Shown: positions 57,142 through 64,000 of the stretch, in pieces
How the letters are laid out: the number at the start of each line of letters is the position of its first letter
Numbering within the stretch: position 1 is the stretch's first letter
Assembly: GCA_021298595.1 (NCBI GenBank)
Contig: JAJTHL010000004.1
Coordinates: forward strand, 10,070-74,069
Source of the DNA: Alphaproteobacteria bacterium
GTDB taxonomy: Bacteria; Pseudomonadota; Alphaproteobacteria; Caedimonadales; UBA1908
Direction of reading: 5' to 3'
Length of the DNA stretch: 64,000 nucleotides
Program-made: the position numbers and the translations under genes
The notes under the pieces: generated by a model
Told to the model about the DNA's origin: nothing
Seen by the model: only the letters and a program-made list of their open reading frames with translations
The model's database searches: none

Positions 57142-60100
57142 ATGAAGTTTACAGACGTATGTATCCGCCGCCCCGTTCTTTCGACCGTGATGTCATTGGT
57201 CATTATTCTCTTGGGAATTGTGTCATGGTCACGCCTACAGGTCCGCCAATACCCCAACGTTGATCAACCAAAGATCAGCGTGTTCACGCAGCTCGAGGGC
57301 GCGGGTCCCGAAATCGTTGAAACCCAAATCACCAAAGTCCTTGAAAACGTCTTCTCGGGTATCGAAGGTCTTGAAACCATGACCTCGCGCTCCGAAATCG
57401 GGGAAAGCCGCATTACCCTGACCTTCAGCATTAACCGTGACATTGAAGCCGCCGCCAACGACGTGCGTGATAAAATCGGACGCGTCCTTGATAAGCTTCC
57501 CAAAGACGTCGTGGCCCCCCGCATTAAAAAAGCCGACGCTGACGCGTTCCCCTTCATGCATCTGGCCCTTTACAGCGACCGCCATGACGTGCGTGACCTT
57601 GCTGACTATGCGTACCGCTACCTAGAAAGCCGTCTTGAAGCTGTTCCTGGTGTGTCCAGCGTTGAAATCTTTGGTGGCGGCGAGTACGAGATGAAGCTCA
57701 TTCTCGATCCCGTTAAACTCACAGGATATAACCTCACGTCCGAAGATGTGGTCAAAGCAATCCGGGACCAAAACGTTGAAAAACCTGCCGGTAACATCAT
57801 CACCCAAGACCGTGAAATTGTGGTCACGACCAAGGCACGCCTCATGACTGAGGCTGACTTTGACCGTCTTGTCATTGGCGAAAAAGAGGGCTATCTCATT
57901 CGTCTTAGCGACGTTGGGCGCGCGGATCTTAACGCCATTGATCGCCGTAACCGCGTACTGTTTAACGGTAAAAACGCCGTCGCCATTGGTGTCACAAAGC
58001 AGTCCGTTGCCAACGCCCTGACCATTGCCCGCGACATCAAAAAAATCATGCCTGATATCAAGCTCCCCACCGGCATGCATTTGGAGATCGCTCGTGACAG
58101 AACCCTCTTTGTGGAACGCTCCATTGACGAAGTGTATGAAACCATTGCGATTGCCACGATCCTTGTGATTTTGGTGATCTTTGCCTTCCTTAGATCCATG
58201 CGCGCGGTCCTCATTCCTCTTGTGACGATCCCGCTTTCGCTTATCGGGGCTTTTGCGCTCATGTATGCGTGCGGGTTTACCATCAACATCCTCACGCTTC
58301 TAGCATTGGTGCTCGCCATTGGGCTTGTGGTGGACGACGCCATTGTGATGCTTGAGAACGTTCACCGGTATATTGAAATGGGGGATAAACCTCTTACGGC
58401 CGCCTTTAAGGGCGCCAAAGAAATCAGCTTCGCTGTCATCGCCATGACCATTACTTTGGCGGCCGTCTACGCGCCGATCGCCCTTTCTCCTGGCATGACA
58501 GGTAAGCTCTTTACCGAGTTCGCCATTACCCTGGCGGGCGCCGTAATTTTATCGGGCTTTATTGCCCTAACCCTCACCCCCATGATGTGTGGACGTATTC
58601 TTAAAACCCATGAAGAAGAAGAGGCTGCTACGGGCTTTTGGGCAAAGCTTGGTCACAAGGTAGGGCGCTTTCTATCAGCCATGGATCAGGGATACGCGAA
58701 CCTCCTGCGCCGCGTTCTTGGGCGCCGCTGGATTGTGCTCCTCATGGGAGGCGCCCTTGCGGTCGGTGGTTATTACGTCGGTGTTCATTTGCCCACAGAG
58801 CTCGTACCCCGCGAAGACCAAGGCTTTATCAGTGCGCGCGCGATTCCGCCCTTTGGTGCGAACCTTGATTATACAGACCGTTATATGGCCAAGGTTGACG
58901 CGATTTTAGCAACGGTCCCCGAAGTCGCCTCACGCCTGACCATGATCAGTGCGCCGGGAGAATCCAACTCAGCTGGCAACCTTGTGAGCTGGGAAAAGCG
59001 TAAACGGGGCAGTAAGGACATTGTTGATAGCTTACGTGAACCTTTAGCCGATATCACAGGTCTGACCGTCTATCCCAGCATGGGCGGTAAAACCATTGTG
59101 GATAGCGGCGACTCTGACACGCCCATCGAGGTTGTGGTCATGAGTAACAAGACCCATAAAGAGCTGACAGAGTCCGCCAAAAAAGTTGAAAAGCTTTTGC
59201 AGCGCCTGCCTGGTGTCAGCAACGTGCTTTCTGATGTTGGCAACCTTGGTCAGGAATACATTGTGACCGTGGACCGTGATAAGGCGGCCGCCCTTGGAGT
59301 TGAGGTCTCCGCCATTGCCGAGACCTTGGACACCCTGATCAGTGGACGCCCTTCAAGTAAATTCATCAAGGATAACAAGCAATACGGTGTGCGCGTAGAA
59401 ATCAACGAAAAATATCGCAAATCACCCGAAGATGTGACGGGTCTCTTTATCAAAGCCGCAAGCAAAGACAACAGGCGTGATGTCCTCATTCCATTGTCGG
59501 AGATCGTCACCATTGAAAAGCGGACGGCCCCTACGGAAATCGGGCACTTTATGGGCTTCCGGTCTGTGAACATTACGGCCAAACTTGATTCTGGTTATAG
59601 CCTTGGCAATACCCTTGATGAGATCAAGCGCCAAGCTTATGACGTTTTGCCTGAGGGAACCCTTATTCAGTTCTCGGGTGAAAGTCGTCGATTCCTTCAA
59701 GAAAGCAGCAACGTTTACCTGATCTTTGGCCTTGCGCTTGCCTTCATCTTCTTGGTGCTGGCCGCCCAGTACGAAAGCTGGCGCGATCCCTGGATCATTA
59801 TGCTCAGCGTGCCTCTTTCTTTGGCGGGCGGCGTGTTCCTTTTGAAGATGTTTGATCAGTCCATGAATCTTTACAGCCAGATTGGTCTTGTGACCCTTAT
59901 TGGTCTCATTACCAAGCACGGTATTTTGATTGTGGACTTTGCGAACAAAAGAAAAGAAGAAGGGCTTGAGCGTCTAGACGCTGTCATTGACGCCGCGCAG
60001 CTGCGCCTTCGTCCCATTTTGATGACCACCTTTGCCATGGTGCTTGGCGCCATTCCACTTGCCTTTGCTGAAGGGGCCGGAGCTGAGAGCCGCCAGCCCA

Positions 60101-60228
60101 TTGGGCTTGTGATCGTGGGAGGGATGACCCTTGGTACCCTGTTTACCCTCTTCGTCGTCCCGGCGGTTTATACCTTCCTCAGCCGAAAGGAGCACAAACC
60201 CCTCGTCGACGTTCCCCATGGCCTCTAA
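57142..60228 (+). CDS. RND-family efflux permease (AcrB/HAE1-like)
   Basis: 1028 aa. MKFTDVCIRRPVLSTVMSLVIILLG..., 12 TM segments, two large periplasmic loops, and the conserved GLVVDDAIVMLEN. Confidence 0.95.
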   Translation: MKFTDVCIRRPVLSTVMSLVIILLGIVSWSRLQVRQYPNVDQPKISVFTQLEGAGPEIVETQITKVLENVFSGIEGLETMTSRSEIGESRITLTFSINRDIEAAANDVRDKIGRVLDKLPKDVVAPRIKKADADAFPFMHLALYSDRHDVRDLADYAYRYLESRLEAVPGVSSVEIFGGGEYEMKLILDPVKLTGYNLTSEDVVKAIRDQNVEKPAGNIITQDREIVVTTKARLMTEADFDRLVIGEKEGYLIRLSDVGRADLNAIDRRNRVLFNGKNAVAIGVTKQSVANALTIARDIKKIMPDIKLPTGMHLEIARDRTLFVERSIDEVYETIAIATILVILVIFAFLRSMRAVLIPLVTIPLSLIGAFALMYACGFTINILTLLALVLAIGLVVDDAIVMLENVHRYIEMGDKPLTAAFKGAKEISFAVIAMTITLAAVYAPIALSPGMTGKLFTEFAITLAGAVILSGFIALTLTPMMCGRILKTHEEEEAATGFWAKLGHKVGRFLSAMDQGYANLLRRVLGRRWIVLLMGGALAVGGYYVGVHLPTELVPREDQGFISARAIPPFGANLDYTDRYMAKVDAILATVPEVASRLTMISAPGESNSAGNLVSWEKRKRGSKDIVDSLREPLADITGLTVYPSMGGKTIVDSGDSDTPIEVVVMSNKTHKELTESAKKVEKLLQRLPGVSNVLSDVGNLGQEYIVTVDRDKAAALGVEVSAIAETLDTLISGRPSSKFIKDNKQYGVRVEINEKYRKSPEDVTGLFIKAASKDNRRDVLIPLSEIVTIEKRTAPTEIGHFMGFRSVNITAKLDSGYSLGNTLDEIKRQAYDVLPEGTLIQFSGESRRFLQESSNVYLIFGLALAFIFLVLAAQYESWRDPWIIMLSVPLSLAGGVFLLKMFDQSMNLYSQIGLVTLIGLITKHGILIVDFANKRKEEGLERLDAVIDAAQLRLRPILMTTFAMVLGAIPLAFAEGAGAESRQPIGLVIVGGMTLGTLFTLFVVPAVYTFLSRKEHKPLVDVPHGL

Positions 60229-61054
60229 ACCCGCCGGCGCGCCTCTGTTTGATGAGGCGCGCCTTCGAAGACACCGGGCACTTAGCTCATCCATCAAAAA
60301 CCCCACAGGCCTGATTCTTCAGCGTTACATTGAGGAAGATCTTGCCATAAAGGTCAAAAATCTTAGGCTGTGTCCAGATCTTTGCCGTCTTCTCATTTGG
60401 GGTTCTCGCCTCGATCAGTTACCTCAAACCTTAGGAATGCTTTTTCCCAAAGCAACCATTGTCCTTGGCGATGTTGCGCCCTCTCTTTTGGAAAATCGCT
60501 CATTCGAAGGATATCCCTTTCCCCATGAAAAAGAGATCTCCTTTGAAGAAAACTCTTTGGACTTGGCCCTGTCGTGTCTCTCTTTACAAACGCTCAACGA
60601 CCCGCTCTCGGTTTTAGAAAATTATTATCGCTTGTTATCACCGGGAGGGGTTTTCATCGCGTCTTTTCTTGGCGGACAAACTTTGCAGCACCTCCATCAG
60701 GGGCTTCTCTCTCTTGAGTTGTCTTTAGACACCGGCGCCCACCAACGTGTGATTCCCATGATTGACCTGAGCACCGCTTTAAGTCTTTTACAACAAGCAG
60801 GCTTTACAGGATGCATCGCAGATCGTGACGCTCTTTCTTTTTCTTTTAAGAGCCTTGATGACTTTCGTCATTTTCTAAAAACCCTTGGCCTTCAGGCGCC
60901 ATTGCAAGAGATGCCACCCACTTCCAAAAGACTATACCGTCATTTAAAGGCACTAACTGACCTAACGACCCATGTAATTTTTGATGTTATTTCTGTGATC
61001 GGGTGGAAGAAAAATGCGCGCTATCCCGCCCTTGATGTTTCACCCCTTAGCTAA
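60218..61054 (+). CDS. NDUFAF5/BioC-like class I methyltransferase-fold protein (degenerate SAM motif I)
   Basis: LFDEARLRRHRA at the N-terminus; SLDLALSCLSLQTLNDPLSVLENYYRLLSPGGVFIASFLGGQTL; C-terminal VISVIGWKK. The usual LDLG..TG motif I reads LLIWGSRLD. The ATG at 60218 overlaps the RND gene end by 11 nt. Confidence 0.6.
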   Translation: MASKPAGAPLFDEARLRRHRALSSSIKNPTGLILQRYIEEDLAIKVKNLRLCPDLCRLLIWGSRLDQLPQTLGMLFPKATIVLGDVAPSLLENRSFEGYPFPHEKEISFEENSLDLALSCLSLQTLNDPLSVLENYYRLLSPGGVFIASFLGGQTLQHLHQGLLSLELSLDTGAHQRVIPMIDLSTALSLLQQAGFTGCIADRDALSFSFKSLDDFRHFLKTLGLQAPLQEMPPTSKRLYRHLKALTDLTTHVIFDVISVIGWKKNARYPALDVSPLS

Positions 61055-61855
61055 GTCCTCTTCGGCCTGATAGCCCAAAATGAAAAGCCGCTGAAAGGGC
61101 ACAATCAGGTTACCATTTGCTTGACTCTCGTACTGGCTTTTGATTGCCTCAAGGTATAATGCTTCAAACGTGGCTTGGTCTTTTTCGTCAAGACGGGCAA
61201 AAACAGGCCTCAACGCTGTCCCTTTCACCCACTGAAAAATGTCACGTGTCGATGGCATTTCATGAAAGTATGTGGTTTGCCAGCATGTGATCTGTGAAAA
61301 ACCAGCGCTGGCAAAATAGTCATAGTAAGTTCGCGGGTCATAAAGGGGTTTACTTAGAAGCCCAAACTTTAGATGGGAGAGAATATACATCCATTCCACT
61401 TTATTTTTGAGGATGTGAATAATCGTTTGATGGGTGGGGGCATGGAAGTTATTCGGCATTTGAATGGCCAGCATTCCACCCGGTTTTAAGGACGCTTTTA
61501 GGATCGGAATAAGACGCGTATGATCTTGAATCCATTGGAGAGAGGCGTTAGCCATTAAAAGATCAGCTTTTGGGAAGGCGGACAAATCCATCATGTCCTG
61601 CATCACGAATAACACTTCAGGATATGTTTGGCGCGCGATTTCTAGCATCTTATGGGACGTATCAAGGCCCATGACGCGACTTCCGGGAAATCTTGCCTCT
61701 AGAAGCGCTGTACTGTTACCTGTTCCGCACCCTAAATCGTAGACGATTTTAGGAGAAAACTCTTCAGGAATAGCGGCCACTAAATCTTGCACTGGTCTTG
61801 TGCGCAACGCTAAATACTGCATATACGTGCGTCCATCCCAAATATCCTCAGACAC
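61040..61855 (-). CDS. tam: trans-aconitate 2-methyltransferase
   Basis: Collinear similarity to E. coli Tam: VYDLGCGTGNSTALL, ANASLQWIQDH, LAIQMPNN...PTH, TTYFHEMPS, GTALRP, and a C-terminal PFQRLFILG. Confidence 0.85.
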   Translation of the reverse strand: MSEDIWDGRTYMQYLALRTRPVQDLVAAIPEEFSPKIVYDLGCGTGNSTALLEARFPGSRVMGLDTSHKMLEIARQTYPEVLFVMQDMMDLSAFPKADLLMANASLQWIQDHTRLIPILKASLKPGGMLAIQMPNNFHAPTHQTIIHILKNKVEWMYILSHLKFGLLSKPLYDPRTYYDYFASAGFSQITCWQTTYFHEMPSTRDIFQWVKGTALRPVFARLDEKDQATFEALYLEAIKSQYESQANGNLIVPFQRLFILGYQAEEDLAKG

Positions 61856-61866
61856 CCTTTATCTCC

Positions 61867-62826
61867 TTATAAGTGATGATGAAGCACCTTACCTAAATCA
61901 ACGGTAAGACCAATCATTTCAGGCGGGGCCACTTCATTAAAGCTGGTTTCGGCATATCCTTGATGCAGATAAAATCCTTTAACATTTATGGGCGCATGAA
62001 GCCTTATGAGTTCAACACCGCTTAAATGCATCCATCTTTCTAGTTGACCGATAAAATAGGCTCCAAGGCCCTTGCCTTGAAAAAGGGGATCTATGACGAG
62101 CGCGCGAATGACACCGTGCCTGGCCCCTGGCATCTCTACGCGCGCGGCCCCCACATGGGTCTGTCCAAGATAAAGGACAAAACAATAAGCATGGGCGTAG
62201 GCGGGGACCTGAAGGAGCCCATCATATGCCCGTTGGTACGGATCATAGAGCTGCTCTTTACACAAGCGGTGATAGCTTTGCCATTCGCTCTCTAGAAGGG
62301 CCTCCACAAGGCGGAGACCCTTCCAGCCAGCTTTCATTTCGATTGCACGGATCAAGGGTTCTTTTTCAAGACAGTAACCCATGGGATCATCGGCGTATAA
62401 TCCTGCCAAGGTCTGTTTAAGATCCCCGTATAGTTTGCGGTCTTGGGGATGCTCTCTCAACCAATCTCGAAACAGCAGATGTCTATCAATTTCTGGCGAA
62501 CCCGCTTCATAGACATGGACGTGGTAGGCGCAGACGTCATTTCTCTTTTTAAAAAATCTCCTAAAGGGGATCCCTTTTTCGCCAAGGCACTCATAGCCCA
62601 AACGCTCCATCTGCGCATTATGAATATCCACACGGTCGATGTGGTGGACCACAGGTAAAAGGTCGATTGTGGGTTTCGATACAAGCCCTGGTACTGCCGT
62701 TGAGCCAAAATGGTGGATGTCCAAGCACCCCTCACCTAAAGCGATTCTCACACGGCGCGCTTCTTCTTCAAAAAGCGTCGACCACCTAAGATCGTGGGGT
62801 ATAACCTTTATGGGACAGAGCGACAT
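61867..62826 (-). CDS. GrpB (UPF0157) nucleotidyltransferase-fold domain fused to a C-terminal GNAT acetyltransferase domain
   Basis: The N-terminal half has IHHFGSTAVPGLVSKPTIDLLPVV and the HVHVYE...HLLFRDWLREHP GrpB pattern. The C-terminal half has the GNAT motif A LVIDPLFQGKGLGAYFI. Confidence 0.7.
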   Translation of the reverse strand: MSLCPIKVIPHDLRWSTLFEEEARRVRIALGEGCLDIHHFGSTAVPGLVSKPTIDLLPVVHHIDRVDIHNAQMERLGYECLGEKGIPFRRFFKKRNDVCAYHVHVYEAGSPEIDRHLLFRDWLREHPQDRKLYGDLKQTLAGLYADDPMGYCLEKEPLIRAIEMKAGWKGLRLVEALLESEWQSYHRLCKEQLYDPYQRAYDGLLQVPAYAHAYCFVLYLGQTHVGAARVEMPGARHGVIRALVIDPLFQGKGLGAYFIGQLERWMHLSGVELIRLHAPINVKGFYLHQGYAETSFNEVAPPEMIGLTVDLGKVLHHHL

Positions 62827-62977
62827 TGCTTCCAGACCCTATATTGCTCATAGGACATAGAATAGCGTTTTTTTTGAGATTGACCCATTGCTTTTCATCT
62901 CCTGGGAAAAGATAAGATTTTTTTTCAAAGTGTGATATGATGTCAGCGTTCAAAAATAAAAGGGAAGGACAGAAAAT

Positions 62978-63556
62978 ATGTCAAAAAAAATTGTCGTCGT
63001 TTATCATAGTGGGTATGGCCATACTGCAAAAGTTGCAGACGCGGTGGTCGAGGGCGTCAAAAAAGGAGGCGCGCACGTTGACCAACTGAGTATTGATGAA
63101 AACGGGCAACTAAGTGACGCTGCATGGGCACTTTTGGACGCGGCGGATGCCATTATTATGGGGACACCTACTTATATGGGGGGGCCCTCCTGGCAATTCA
63201 AGCGTTTTGCCGATGCATCCTCCGTGCGGTGGTTAAAAGGGATGTGGCGCGATAAAGTGGCGGCAGGGTTCACAAACTCCGGCTCGCTGAGTGGTGACAA
63301 GCTTGCCACCCTTCAACAGCTAAGCGTTCTTGCCATGCAGCATAGTATGATTTGGGTTGGCCTGGGAGAGAGCATTCCACAACCCAAGGGCACTGAGATG
63401 CCGACCATCTCTGATATCAACCGTATCGGAAGCTTCACGGGTTTAATGACACAATCTAACAATGAGTCAGCTGAGATTGTTCCACCTCAAGGTGATCTTG
63501 AAACAGCACGCCTATTTGGAGAGCGTGTTGCCACCTTGTGCAAGCGTTTTTCTTAA
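62978..63556 (+). CDS. WrbA-like flavodoxin-fold NAD(P)H:quinone oxidoreductase
   Basis: KIVVVYHSGYGHTAKVADAVVEGV...ADAIIMGTPTYMGGPSWQFKRF matches the WrbA/flavodoxin FMN-binding pattern. Confidence 0.8.
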   Translation: MSKKIVVVYHSGYGHTAKVADAVVEGVKKGGAHVDQLSIDENGQLSDAAWALLDAADAIIMGTPTYMGGPSWQFKRFADASSVRWLKGMWRDKVAAGFTNSGSLSGDKLATLQQLSVLAMQHSMIWVGLGESIPQPKGTEMPTISDINRIGSFTGLMTQSNNESAEIVPPQGDLETARLFGERVATLCKRFS

Positions 63557-63680
63557 CTTGACCCAGGGGCCCCTTGAATCCTCTGGCGTCAAGGCGCCTC
63601 TGTGCACGCTTAGGGTGCATGACAGACGTACTTTTGGCTCTTTATTAGGGGATCTTTAGGGTGATACTCGAGGGTATCGT

Positions 63681-63716
63681 GGCCCCTGTTAATGTTTAAC
63701 GGGCGCCGTCTTTTGA
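63681..63716 (+). terminator. candidate rho-independent terminator about 125 nt downstream of the WrbA-like gene
   Basis: GGCCCCTGTTAA-tgt-TTAACGGGCGCC forms a 12-bp stem (one mismatch, one G-U pair), followed by gtcttttgatttg. Confidence 0.5.
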
Positions 63717-64000
63717 TTTGCCGTTACCCCGTATGTCCCCTCAAGGATAATCATTTTTTGAAGAAGTCCCCACTTTTACTCCCGCGACACTTTCATCACA
63801 AAAAGACTAGGCCCCCCTTACTAGATAACACTTTGTGATCACTTGCAAAGTAAACACGCAAGCCCCCACCAAAAATGAAAAAAAACCATTCACCCTACGC
63901 GCGACCATTTTAAATACGGCGTGTCACGCGGTAGCTTTAAGTATTTAAGAAAACGACAAAGTTTGCTTTTAAATCCTCGCGGGGAGCCTCGCTCTCTAAA

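Noticed and set aside
1-64000. Search for CRISPR arrays, IS elements/transposases, integrases, rRNA genes and toxin-antitoxin pairs
   Set aside because: There is no repeat-spacer periodicity. There are no DDE or tyrosine/serine recombinase motifs and no terminal inverted repeats. There are no rRNA-like segments or obvious small paired ORFs. Absence is judged by eye only.

Overview
This 64-kb chromosomal window is almost certainly alphaproteobacterial. Supporting this are a Ros/MucR regulator, RcGTA/HK97-type head genes, an NDUFAF5-like methyltransferase, and the conserved blocks miaB-phoH-ybeY-corC-lnt and thrS-infC-rpmI-rplT-pheS-pheT. A host-associated (Holosporales/Rickettsiales-like) lifestyle is my inference only, based on a secreted ankyrin protein, ArgR plus an amino-acid importer, and lipid A Ara4N genes. 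Gene density is high and most genes lie on the minus strand. Contents in order: (1) 1-4.9 kb, an intact phage-like head module (portal, prohead protease, HK97 capsid, gp6-like connector, head-tail adaptor, gp10-like) with no terminase. (2) 5-14.8 kb, an orphan ABC substrate-binding protein followed by an ABC-transporter-dependent O-polysaccharide locus: GT2, rfbBDAC, wzm, wzt with a C-terminal carbohydrate-binding extension, and two sulfotransferase-fold genes. GC content in this locus is visibly mosaic. (3) A methyl-accepting chemotaxis protein with no che genes nearby, a frameshifted alpha/beta hydrolase, and argR divergent from a polar amino-acid ABC importer. (4) 20.4-25.3 kb, a block of poorly characterised secreted or membrane proteins: a divergent subtilase-like protein, a lipoprotein, an SdhE-like protein with an altered RGxxE motif overlapping a 385-aa membrane protein, and a DUF1311-ankyrin protein. 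(5) An arnT-arnE/F-arnB-arnC-arnA(C-terminal domain) lipid A aminoarabinose cluster lacking the formyltransferase and deformylase functions. (6) Housekeeping genes: an MBL hydrolase, rhlE, MFS, NUDIX, rpsD, tRNA-Arg(CCT), an S9 peptidase, the ybeZYX-lnt block, mucR, lepA, and the thrS-to-pheT operon. (7) LPS core glycosyltransferases, an RND efflux pair, methyltransferases, a GrpB-GNAT fusion and a WrbA-like flavoprotein. I saw no rRNA, CRISPR array, IS element, transposase or integrase. The best candidates for something undescribed are the terminase-less head module, the sulfotransferase/Wzt-CBM O-antigen export module, and the coupled lipoprotein, SdhE-like and membrane-protein trio. All family calls rest on motif recognition by eye, not on database searches.
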